From Octopus sinensis (Eukaryota): DNA of 64,000 bases. Under the pieces are notes generated by a model. That model searched no databases, was not told where the DNA came from, and saw only the letters and a list, made by a program, of their open reading frames with translations. A program made the position numbers and the translations under genes. The stretch spans positions 114,886,001 through 114,950,000 of the forward strand of contig NC_042998.1 in assembly GCF_006345805.1 (NCBI RefSeq), in the 5' to 3' direction. Positions 39,875-52,820 of this stretch are shown here, one piece after another. Position 1 is the first letter of the stretch, and each line of letters opens with the position of its first letter.

Positions 39875-39959
39875 TGTACTGCCACCTCTTTGCGTGTCAA
39901 AATCACATTGCTATCAAATATTTCTTCCATTGTGTAGACCTGCTGTATTCGACGTAGAA

Positions 39960-40120
39960 ATTTGCTCATTTTTATTCATTACACAAGTGCTCGGTGCATT
40001 TTGATTGGCTGTTAAGTGCTGCTGGACCGCGCCAGTTGGTGTGTCGGCAGTTTGTCAAAACGTCGGCTTTGCTTCCGTTAAATCGCATGTTATGGACGGT
40101 TTAAACATGTGTGTACATAG
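39960..40120 (-). promoter_or_regulatory. Possible promoter upstream of the candidate exon
   Basis: CCAAT box (minus-strand cagCCAATca at 40004-40008) about 130 nt upstream of the ATG, in a non-repetitive CpG-containing stretch. Confidence 0.3.
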
Positions 40121-40759
40121 CAAATTCATGTCGAATTATTTGCTTGCACCAACCTTTTCTCAGCAGCTTTTCTTTTTTAATGTTTCTAAAAGCGATACAT
40201 AAAAACAGCTATTTGCATATCAACTTACTTGTTTTTAAAGTTACAAATATTTTCTCGAAATAAAAATATAGCATTTTCACAAAGAGATTTTCTATATTAT
40301 TTATTGTAATTAGTTATTTATTCATTTATCATTCATCTAATTGTTACTTTCGTACATTATAAATCATTTAGCTGTTCCTGGTGTCACTCTTAGTTGCAGT
40401 GTAAAACAACTGACATGTTTACTACCCAGACGCATTACAATGTTTAATTGCAATATTTTTTTGTTTCTTACCTAATCCATCTTCATACAAATCCAAGTTC
40501 TCTTCCCCCCCTTCTCTCTCTCTCTCTCTTAATCCTCTCTCTCTTAACCATCTCTCTCTCTCCTTCCCACTCTCACTCTCGACACTGAACATTTCTTGAC
40601 TCCTATTCGTTACATTTATTTCTTACAATACTTTCTTCTCACCAATATAACTGATCAATTTATCTATCTATCTATCTATCAAATCTGTCTCGCTTTTTCT
40701 CTTTCCTTTTTTTCTGTTTGTGTATCTGTATCTATCTATCTATCTATCTATCTATCTAC

Positions 40760-40810
<51 letters not shown>

Positions 40811-42084
40811 ACTATCTATCTGTCAGTCTGTTTGTCTATCTGCATGCCTGCCTGTCTGTCTGTCTGTCTGTCTGCCTGCCTGTCTGCCTGTCTGCCTGTC
40901 TGTCTGTCTGTCTGCCTGCCTGTCTGCTTGCCTATCTATCTATCTATCTATTTATCTATCTATCTGTCTATCTGTCTGCCTGCCTATCTGCCTGTCTGTG
41001 TGTATGTCTGTATGTATATATATATACTTGATAGTTTATCATCTGAAATTTTGAGTCTACCTTATCTCTTTACATATATACATGTATATATATATATTTT
41101 GTACAATAATACAAAAGGCGTTTGCCTCTTCAGTTGAATCATTGTCTCTATATATGCTCGCTTGGGTTCTCCTTATAGCCATTCTTTGCTCTGCTGACTT
41201 AGTACTTAGTATAGATATCGGATTGTAAGTTCAAATTTTTTAAGCTCTACAAAGTGTTTTCTATATTGAGATTCACTCTATCTCATTTGTTCACCCCCCC
41301 CACACACACAAACGCAAACACACACACACAAAGCAATTTCAGTTAAAACAGTTCTCACAAGAAAAAACAGCGACAAAAAATCCGGCGGTATGCACAGCGA
41401 AAGAAGTTGTGAAGAAACATTTTCGTTTCATTTCTATTTTTATTTTTAACTTTCTCTTTTAAAATCTCTATCGTATTTAATTGTTAATATGACCCAATGT
41501 TATTGACCCTACAATCATGTGTGACTATTATGAAAGTCATCAAACAGTTGAACATCTATTACTGTCTATCTCTGTGAAACTTATTGAATATTGGAATTTG
41601 CATCAACATATGATCTTGTAAGCATGTTTTTCTGAATTTTGCCTTATACTTTCCATCTCGCCTAAACTTTTCTATTTACTATTGAAAAACTGAAAATTTT
41701 CGAAACCAGTTTGGTATTTTAATGAATTTACTACAGAATATGAAAATTATAACATTCTCAGTTCCGCAACCAATTCTCTTATATTTTGGTTTGTAGATCT
41801 ACAAGCCAAACTGTGAAATTATTGTATTAAAAGATTTAATTGATCCGAACTACCACTGAAGTCATTCTTTTCTTTTTTTCAAATATATGTAACTGTACCA
41901 AGGATTTCACACTTTTTCCAATACATATATATATATAATTAAAATTTAAATTTAGGGTATCTAAGAGATACCCCTACGCTGGAAATAGCAGCTAAAACTT
42001 GACTCTAAAACCACATTAAATGCTCATACAACACCAGGAGAGAAGACAAAAGACAAAATAAACTAGAAAAAAGATTACTGGATA

Positions 42085-42143
42085 ATTCCAGATCTCGGAT
42101 TTCTGGTGGTGCATAAGAAATGCTCTGCCTTCATCAGTGGAAT
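42085..42143 (-). ncRNA. Minimal hammerhead with AUC triplet
   Basis: Minus strand ATTCCA-CTGATGA-AGG..GCAT(TTCTT)ATGC..CCA-GAAA-TCCGAG-ATC/TGGAAT. Perfect 6-bp stem I, A.A mismatch at the base of stem II. Confidence 0.7.
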
Positions 42144-42162
42144 ATACTCAGAGCAGATAAAT

Positions 42163-42221
<59 letters not shown>

Positions 42222-42332
42222 CAACATACGATATACTTACATTTACGAACGCATACATACATATATATGCACGTATGCACACGCCCAGCCCAGTTTAAAA
42301 TTTATAAAGTTTAATTTATAAATTTATAAATT

Positions 42333-42382
<50 letters not shown>

Positions 42383-44752
42383 TATATCTATATATATATA
42401 GATATATATTTATATATATATATGCATGTTTGTTTCTATGTATCTATGTATATATATATATATTGCAAGTGATGGATAGAGACACAGACAGATAGATAGA
42501 TATATATATAGACACACTCATATACACATAAGTATTTACATACATACATGTATGTTCATGTTTGTGTACACCTAAATACGCGTGTAGCTCCAAACATAAA
42601 CTCACATTTATCTTCACTTAAATTTCTCATCCTCACACAGTTTTCTGCAACGCTTCTCATGTACACACTCGCGCACACGTACACAGTTTGCCGTATCTCT
42701 CTGCAAAGACCAACGCTACAAACCTCACAGATATCAAACGAATATTGTGAAAAATAACTTTTATCGTATTGCTATTCACTCATTGATTTCCATGTGGTTG
42801 TTTGCTTCAATATTTTCATTCGTGTATGTGTTGCAGATTTGAAGTTTTTGTTTGGTCGCGGCTGTCTTAAAATATGTACGTATGTATGTATGTATGTATG
42901 TAAGTATGTATGTATGCACGTATGTATGTATGTATGCACGTATGTATGTATGCATATATGTACGCAATGAATGTGTGTGTATGTATGAATGTGTGTGTGT
43001 ATGTGTGTTTGTGTATGCATATATGGATGTATGTATGTATATTTTCATATGTGTACGCGTGTATGAATATATGTATGTACGTATGTATGCATGTATGTAT
43101 AAGTAAGTAGGTAGGTATGCATGTATGTGTATATTTATGCGCGTGTATGTATGCATATCTTTCTATATGTCTGTCTGTCTGTCTGTCCCTGTCTCTTTCT
43201 GTATACACATATATATACATATACAGAAAGAGAGAGAGAGAGAGAGAGAGAGATGCAGACAGGAATATATATATATATCTTTACATACGCACATACACAC
43301 ACACCTTACATATAAGTATATAAATATATGTATGTAGTTATGTATGCCATGTACATATGTGCTCGTAAGCTTGCTTAGGTATATCTAACTCTCAAAATAC
43401 CTTTGTAATATAAATATGTATATGTTTCATGTGTATATATGTGTGTGTATGCGTGTGTGTGAGTGTGTGTGCGTATGTGTGTTTAACAAGGCATATATAT
43501 ATATATGATGTATGGAGACTACTTCTGCCTCTCTCTCTCTTTCACTGTCTTTCAACCTGTGTGTCTTTTCGTTTATGAATGTATCAACCTATATCTTTAG
43601 AATTATACATAAATATATGTATTCACACATACACACACACACATATATATACCTATGTATCTCTCTTTCTTTCTCTCTCCCTATATATATTTATGTGTGT
43701 GTGTGGTTATATTTATATATATACGTAAATGTGAAACCATGAATGTAAGTATCTTCATATGTGACTGTAAATATACTTGTATTCGTTGAAGTGATATTTA
43801 ATATGCACATTCCACTTCCAGACCTCCTTCATGCATTCGTGTAGAAAACAGTCTAACACAAATAGAATTACACAAAAGAAACATCGCCTCGTCGCATTTT
43901 AATCCCTGTCACATGCTTGTAACTAGTAACTTAATTCAGAATTTCAAATCAAAGTACAACCTAAAGTGATCAACTAACAGAACCGTTCTATTTCCTTCTC
44001 AAACTGAAGCGAAAACTGTCTTTTTCCGAGGCCCCTTGCTGTTTGTATTGTATTTCCATCACGAAGCGCTTGCTTCTGACGACTGTCACTTCTTAAAATA
44101 CATTTGATCTTACCGCATATGGTAGGTTGGCAGAAAGTGCGCCAACAACCTTTTAAACTCGTCTTTTTTTCCCCATTTATAACGCTTGTTTGATGTAGAG
44201 TAGAAAATCGATGGTTGTGTTGAGTTTACTTCGGTTACAGCTTGGCAGGATGTCTGTGGTTGTGCTATTTAGCTAAGGAGGAGTTAAAAGTGATGAAATG
44301 TCTACGAAATAAAGATTGAAAATGGTGAGAAGGAAGAAATCTTTGGAAGAAACAGAGAATTTGGGGAGGTAATTGTTTAAACATATATAGGAACAAGGAA
44401 AATTTTGGCTGAAGATGTAAATAAAGACAGAATGAAGGGACGAAAAACAATAAAACAAAAGATTAAGGAAAAAATATTGAAAAATGACAAGAATAACTAA
44501 CTATATCCAATTCCTTCTTCAAAGATGAATTGTTTTAACTCATCTTACTGGTAAACTGAAGAGAAACTAACTGCCGAAAGGACATTGATAACCAACTGAT
44601 TGTAGTCCGTAAGCAGAAGGAAAATAAATTGAATTGAGAATGAATCGGAAATGAAAGTAATAGCAAGGAGGTGTTCTTTTTTGAAGTTATCAGCTGGATA
44701 AATAATAACGTTTTATTAACAAATACAACATATAATGATGATGATGATGATT

Positions 44753-44784
<32 letters not shown>

Positions 44785-45418
44785 AATAATAATAATAATA
44801 TCGATAGTAATAGTAGCGATGACCATGATAATAGCAATAAAAAAATTTTTTTTTAATAATAATAATAATAGACCATAATAAAATTATAAATAATTAACAT
44901 AGGTGTTTTTGTGATAAATGGTTTAAAGGAAGTTACATCCTTTATAAACTGTTAGATGTATGTTTAATATTATCAAACTAGAATTCTTGCAAAAGTACTT
45001 TTTTATATTGTGGATATTGTTGGATAGATTGGTACGATGAGTTCGCATGAAAACGTGAAATAACTAACTAACTAACCAACTAACAAAATAGATAAATAAA
45101 TAAATGAAACAAAAAAGGCAAACTCTGCCAACATATTCATTCAGTGATTAAATTAACAAGTATATAATTGTCTGAATACTGCTTATAAATAAATAAAATT
45201 TGGTGGGCTTTCAACCATGTTACAAATTTTGATTCTGAATTTTCCCCCAGGACATATTAAATTTCATGAAGTTTTATGAAGAATTAATTTCTCCTTTGAT
45301 ACATACATACACACATTCGTTTACAGGTTGTAACTACAAATATATTGACAGGAATTTTCCATCTCATCATTTACATTTAGACCAACATACATATGCACAT
45401 ACAAACGTGCCTACATCA

Positions 45419-45451
<33 letters not shown>

Positions 45452-46403
45452 TGTATGTATGTATGTATGTATGTATGTATGTATGTATGTATGTGCGTGC
45501 GTGCCAATGCGCGCGCCTGGATGTGTATTTAGAAAATTGGTTCTATCGTCTTAATCTGTTTATAGACTAAAGAAAAGCTTTCTTTCCGAGGAACTATTTA
45601 GCATAGCTTATGTGGCAAAAGACACAAAGTACGTTGCCCGAAAATGCCTTTTCATGTGACGAGACATCAGCAGATGTAGAGGATGTGAGTTAATACGACG
45701 TTGTTAATATTTTCTTTCAACTTCTGTGCATTTAATGTTTTGAGGCAGAATTTGTTTAGGCAAACGAAGTCCAAAGAACCACCGTATTACAGCAAAATCA
45801 GCATGATGTTTACTCATAAAATGGCTAACAGCAAAAGTGAGAGTGGTAAGCTGTAGTATAAGTAAAATAAAGGCTTTATTATAAAGGAGTTAATGTATGT
45901 AAATACATTCATACATACATATATTATGCACGCACGCATACACACAAATTCACATATATGTATATAAATTTGTATAATCATATATGGATTCATAGAATCA
46001 TGTGGCTATCACAGAAAACTCTTCTAGCAGACGTTGCTAATAGACTCCAATACAGTGGAGTATAAAGCGGAGTTCAACGCAGCTGAAATCCAGGAAATCC
46101 GATTTATGAAATTAATTAACGAGATGTATATAATCCATAAAAGCTCATCAGGAGGTGTCAGAAGTGAATATATTGATCTAACCACTTGTCATCCTTTAGA
46201 TTACGGCCGTTTTGCACCCTTCTTCATGTAATAATAATTTCAGTGCATAACAAATCTTGTTTACGTCTTCGCAATAATATGCAAGCTACGCATTATACAA
46301 TACAGTTGTGTATACACTAATCAATCCAGATAAAAGAAGCTAGCTCATTAGATTACCAGAGCAATACGGTTACATCAATTCAGCTTGACAAGATACAACA
46401 TTT

Positions 46404-46530
<127 letters not shown>

Positions 46531-47299
46531 GCAATGAATGGAAGACGAAACTCGATAAAATTGGGCTCGTATGGTCAGTAAAGTTGAAGATATATTTCCA
46601 AGTTAGCAAAATCTCGGAAGTAGTAATTACTCAATGATCAAATCTCCTGCGAGTTAACTTGGGATCCCTTGACGACATAAGATGAAAATATATATAAGAT
46701 AAAAATATGTTGTTTCATATCAATTAAGTTGCTAGATCTATGTACAGGGAACTGCCCACGCTTAATATTAACAAAACCAGAAAAGAGTAAGGAGAGGAAG
46801 TAAAGTAAGTTATAGAAAACATAAAAAAATGAATACATTTTAAAACGTATATACAAGTATACATAAAACCAGTTGAAGCATTGGTGAAACCATGATGTTC
46901 TGTTGATCTGATGAGCTAGCTTTATTTGTACCTACTTATGTATTGTATTGGATAATATGTAGCATGTATATTGGTGCAGACACGTAAACGTAATTTATCA
47001 TGCACTGACATTTTAATATATGAAGAAGGGTGTGAAACAACTGTAATCCTAAGGATGGCAAGCGGTTAGATAAATAAATTCACCTCTCTTATCTCCTGAC
47101 ATTTATGGTGTATGAAAGCAAAATAAGCATGAAAATTCAACGGGTTGTCAACAGCTTTATGTTCCAACATCTAGGAATGCCCACCCATCGTCAAATAGAA
47201 CATCATCCCTCATATACAGCTTATTGCAAATACTAAGCTCTATTGCCACTGAAAAACAAAAACATATAAAACAAGACATTTAGAACCATACAAACAACA

Positions 47300-48830
47300 A
47301 TCAATAATAAACCTTTACATTGACATTCCTGCTAAAGGTATTTGGCATAACTCATTGCCCAATGCTCCAAAATAGGAAATTCCTGTCTTACTGAAATAAC
47401 ACACTGCATCCCATATTTCTCCTAAGAGAAACCCACCTAAATAACATCATATTGATGCCGGGCTGGAGATAAAACATTTCAGCATCATGTGTGCAGACCG
47501 TACAGGCTAAAATAAAGGAGGAGCTGCCATTTTTCTCTGTAATTCCTAGACCATAGATGCCGAAGACAAAACCATTGTTGGTCCTTACATGCCTCCTCAA
47601 ACTTTTCCACAGGTCTTTGAAGAAAATCAAGTCTTTTCTCTAAAAATACAACTCCAAGGAACATATTGATGATGAGGGATTAAAACATCCATTATGTGAA
47701 CTGGGTTACAAAACCTCTAAAGTTAGGTAACTGCACTGCTTGAGACAAATCAGCTGCTGAATTACTATTTAATTTAATAGATGAATTTCTCCTAAACCAG
47801 CTCGTACCTTAACCAACCAGACAAGAGAAAACGATCCTCAACCTGATATTAGCAAAACCAATCTAGCTTCATGCATAACATTTCAGCTGAAAAAACTTAT
47901 CTCTGACCACAACATGGTGCTTGGAAAACTTAGTTTCCGGCATGCCAAAACCAATCCAGTCACTCTCGCCTCAGTGCATTTGTTTGACATCAAGTTTCAC
48001 AAAGCAAACTGGGCAGGGTGGTTGGGCAACTATAAAAGATCGTCTTTTATCGACTGGTCCTTCACTCACGCATTCTCTTGAAGCCCTTTGAGGACATGCG
48101 TAAAACACGCTCCTACAAAATTCATAAGTAGTAATTAAAAATGATTCACAAGTCGAGTCAAAAGATTTGATTTAAAAAATCATCTAATTAAAGTGTTAAC
48201 CAACAGCATCCATATTCGACAGAAATAAGAAGGTTTGAACTGGGGAAAATATCATCTGTAGTTCAGCAGGAAAACCTACATGAAGAGCTGCATGGGAAAC
48301 TGGCTAGCCCAAAAAAAAAAAAAAATCAAGCAGAACCCGAAAGTATTCTATTTATGTGCAAACATGCATCGGGCCGCCATCGCATCTCAAAGAACATTCA
48401 CTGGAAAAATAAAAGTATGACTGATCTTGATTATTGGGATCACCTTAAAAACTTGTATCTTTATACTCCCCAACGCCTCTGTTGGCGCTACATACATTAC
48501 ACAATCATTGCTCAAACGACCTTAACATTAGATTCAGAATTCATCCATGACTAGGTCCTGATGCCATACGCTCCTATACAAGTCAAGTTCGCAAAAAATA
48601 AATTCCCTGAAGCAGAATTTCTTTTCCTCAATAAGCCTTACTCTGTTTAATATTATCCCAAAACAAATCAAAGAAGAGATTCCCATCACCTTCAACTGAA
48701 ATCTGGGCAAATTCTTCGAGGGATATTAGATAAGCTATTATACTTGAATACATCTCAGTCACCAACAGCTCTCTTCTTTAAGAAGCTATGATGCCACAAA
48801 ACCTGTCTTAAAATGATTAACAGACCCTAT
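47300..48830 (+). pseudogene. CR1-clade LINE remnant (APE endonuclease pieces and 3' end, large internal loss)
   Basis: Fragments read ETHLNNIILM, CADRTG*NKGGAAIF and EFLLNQLVP*PTRQEKTILNLIL. The 3' segment atcccaaaacaaatcaaagaag.. is shared with the copy at 62400-62600. Confidence 0.75.
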
Positions 48831-49603
48831 AATTTATTATATAATTTAATTATATAATTTATATATGCATTTTATCTTTATTTAATATTAATTATTCAAC
48901 TTGGGTTACTCTACTATTTACCAGACCAAAGATAACTTAGTTAAATGTCATCAAGTTAAATGTCCCAAGTTAACTCTCAGTAGATTTGATCATGGAGTAA
49001 TTCCTTCTTCTGTGGCTAACTAGAGAACATATGTATCCTAGATTTTGCCTGCTCCATTCCCTAAACTTGCTAACCATTAACTATAAAATAAATTTTTCTC
49101 AGATTATCAAATTTCAATATGGCACATATTTACAACTTTCTACCCCCAAAAAGTAAGCAAATATATAAAATTAGAATTAATAGTATGAACATATTAGGGT
49201 AAAAACCCCTTTGGATAGGAAAGTTCGAAGGCTTCCGAAATCAATTTACAATCAGTGGTTTTCTTCAGCACGAGGCCCGCTCTTGGAATAATTCTTATTT
49301 CACATTATATCATTCTGAAGTAAATATATAGAAGGAATGCGATAGAAAGGTATTTTTTAGCTGGTGAGAGAACCAGCTTCAATGATATTATAATCACATA
49401 AACTACGGTTGTAACACTGCCTGCAACAAAAGCATCATCAGCAACATAAATAGGGGAAGAAATGCGCTGATAAACACTAACCGGCAAAAACTCTCTCTAA
49501 TATCACTTAACACACACACGTACGTCGCGCGCGCACACACACTCTTGTATTTTTATTAATATTATTATTATTGTTATTGTTGTTGTTGTTATTATTATCA
49601 TTA

Positions 49604-50147
49604 CAATTGAGTAAGAGAGCAGTACATGCCATCAAAGTGACATTGGGGTAAAATATATGAAGCCCAGTATATCCAAAATGACTACCCGTCTGATAAGGGT
49701 ACACTACGCACATGCATCACAACCATATGTGCGCGACATGGTGATCTCATATCAGGATAAACAGCACATAATCTTGCAGGTGGGACCCAGTTAGAATTTT
49801 CTTCTGGTCGAGTAACCCATCTCGCTCAAAAGGTCTCTGAATAAGGGTTGTTGAAGGATGTTGAACGAAACACCCATGTTCCCAGAGGTGAATCATTCAA
49901 ACCCCAAAGAATTCCTCTCGACACATGGCTATGATACTCCCCCACTACTTCTGCTTGTGATCAGAGATGCACATATTGTCAGCCACTAAGGGACATGCTC
50001 AACTGGTTAAGGTTAAACAACTGACAAGCAAATCTGTGGTATTGAGCAGAATATTTGCTGTAGCCCATCTTTTATACCAAGACAAGTCAATGTACATAGT
50101 AACACTTCCAATCAGTTAAGATGAGAAGCCATGAGAGCCACTGTCTG

Positions 50148-50149
<2 letters not shown>
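49604..50149 (-). mobile_element. ~545-bp non-coding element embedded in (AAT)n
   Basis: Unique-looking body bounded on both sides by (AAT)n; a second partial copy lies at 5685-5935 in the opposite orientation. Confidence 0.7.
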
Positions 50150-50200
<51 letters not shown>

Positions 50201-50225
50201 CATCATTATTATTATTATTATTATT

Positions 50226-50530
50226 TTGGTTCGGCTCAGGTTCGGTCTAATTCCTGGTAGGAATTATGTGGATAGCAGATTACTACCTGTAACATTAGAT
50301 ATCCTCAAGTTTTCAGCAGTCTTTCAAGTGCTTAGAACCCTCCTGATAATCCTTACTGTTCCTAAGAGACAAACTCTCTGCAGGAGCTGTATCGGGGTTT
50401 CTCTTTCAATCTCCTTCAGCCATTTATTTATATCTTGGCTTACTGTTCTCAACGAACAGGCACGTCCTTAACTATTCGCATGCTCCAAATTCTTCCTATT
50501 TCAAACTTTAAGGGATTACAATAATTATTG

Positions 50531-50588
<58 letters not shown>

Positions 50589-50940
50589 CATTGCTGTTGT
50601 TGTTGTGATTATTATCTATTGTCTTTGCACAGCTTCTGACGCTGGAGCACTACGGTGCTAGCTGTTCACTACCAGTGAACTAGTGTAATACCCCTTATTT
50701 TTGGAGCACCATCCGGAGTTAACCTGTCATATCTATCGAAAATTCTTTCTGCCTCATCGCATACGTTGTTGTCAGCTGGGTATGCTATATCTAGGATCTA
50801 GCATATCGTTTGCTTTCTTTCTCGATTAACACTATGTCTGATTTCTTATCCTCTATCTCATGGTCGCACTGAATCATAAAATCTCACAGGATCTTTGCAT
50901 TATCATTTTCGATGATGCCTTCGGGTTTGTGGTCGTACCA
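50226..50940 (-). pseudogene. Dong/R4-clade LINE, restriction-like endonuclease and C-terminus, with a nested insertion
   Basis: Minus strand WYDHKPEGIIENDNAKIL*DFMIQCDHEIEDKKSDIVLIEK..DIAYPADNNV..DRYDRL [insert] LKFEIGRIWSMR..LRTVSQDINKWLKEI..LLQRVCLLGTVRIIRRVLST*. Confidence 0.85.
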
Positions 50941-52629
50941 ATAATTATCATTGTTATTGTTTTTGTTTTTGTTGTTGTTTTTGTTATATGTTTGGCTTTC
51001 GCTTTGTACAATTTGACTGCAAGTCGCACCCAGAGACCTCAAGAGACAATAAATTAGGACTTGAAGTCGGTATTATCATTATCATCATGTAACTCTCTTT
51101 TTGTCCCGAAGCAACAGAACTACGATCAAAATGCGTTTTATGCTTCTATTCTTAAGAATGTCGCATTAGATTTGAGGAGAATTTGGCAGAAACTTCTAAC
51201 CGGTTGCTCGACCGCTTATAGTAATCCTAGCATTGGTTGTTAACGCAGTACATTGAAAGTTTAATATCTTCATAATGCATTTATTGCAGTGTCTCTTATA
51301 TGCATATTGCAGAGAGATCTTTCGGAATCGATTGTGTCACCTAAAATTCTGTGATGTGTCACTGGCTTAAAGGCACTCTCATTGTTTGGTTGTAGTATTG
51401 ATAATGCTAGTTCTAATAGCAGATCAAATACCAGTAAGAATATAAGTATACATTGCTATAAATATAAATCAGCAATGCAGTAAAATTTAACAATTGTCTA
51501 CTGAGAACAACTTACATAGATTGAACTTTGAAAGAACAAACCAATACAGGGCAACTTTGTAAATACTTGATCGGTTAGTTTTACCAGGGTCATTCAAATC
51601 ATACATATACTACCCTGTTAAAAAGAGAAAACACATTAGATAAATTAATCCTATCTATGGTATTCCTGAAAAGAGAATTTGAATAGTTATGCTTGTAAAG
51701 TTTGTGATAATATATCTGCTCGATCAGCACTAAACCGATATTAAACAATTACAACAATAGCTACGGGCAAATTCTACATCAGAATCAACAGGCAGGTTTA
51801 GGACCTAAACGAATCAATTGATTTCTTGACACAAAGAATCAATACAATATACTATATTCCAGCGAGCGTGGAAGATCTAGTGTACTCTTGAAATCAAGTA
51901 AAGCATAATAAACGAATGCAAAACACAAAGCAGAAGCTGGAAAGGCACGCCATCATTCTCTCTATGAAAAATATCACAATAACAGTAAGAGAACTCTAAA
52001 TAATGGACATGTATGTTGTTCAATAAAGCAAAGCGCTATATTTGAAAAGTTCTATGAAATGGAGAATTTTGAGAGCGTGATTATATGAAGAAATAGGAAA
52101 ATTTCTTCATCGACCAAGATACAACATACGTAGCGACCACAAATCCAGTTGCAGACTCTTCTCCATGTAAAGATACTAAAGCATAAAAACATATTCCACC
52201 AACACTTTCCAAACTATGAAATTTTTTTATCATCATTTGAAACTTTTTAACATCAAATTCTCATAGAATATATACGTAGTACCGAACAATACTTAAAGCA
52301 TTCTATTAATTAATGTTACAAAATGCAAACAAGAAAATAAGTCATAACACATAACTTAATATGAAATGTCACGAAACTATTAATGAGCATATTTTGAAAT
52401 AGAATATGTAAATATCCGACATAACATTTAAGAGTCACGTATCCAACCCAAAGTGTACGCTCGTAAATCACAACTAAATAAATATACTCGATTCCATAAA
52501 CTTTTAAAATTAGACAAACCACAAACTTAACAATGTCACTATGGTAAAGCGGAAATCAAATGGCTTAGCAATGATAAAAGTAATCCAGCTTACAATGTTT
52601 TGATATTTTACAAAACTATCCATACATTT

Positions 52630-52820
52630 GTAACGGTCTTCTACTTAGCTCCATCGGTTACGACGACGACTGTTCCAGTTGCTCTGATCAGCCTGCTCGT
52701 GAAATTAACGTGCAAGTGATTGAGCATTCCACAGACACGCATACCCTTAAAGTAGTTCTCAGGGAGATTCAACGAAGCACAGAATGTAACAAGGCCGACT
52801 CTTTGAAATGCAGGTACTTC
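52630..52820 (-). mobile_element. SINE (family C-related) 3' portion
   Basis: ctccatcggttacgacgac..cagcctgctcgtgaaattaacgtgcaagtg..cccttaaagtagttctcagggagattca is recognised as a common Octopus SINE tail. Confidence 0.6.

Noticed and set aside
46090-46155. Minus-strand CTGATGA-GCT..AGC; also CTGATGA at about 46898 and 53723 and minus-strand CTGACGA at about 29450
   Set aside because: No GAAA after stem II; chance heptamers.
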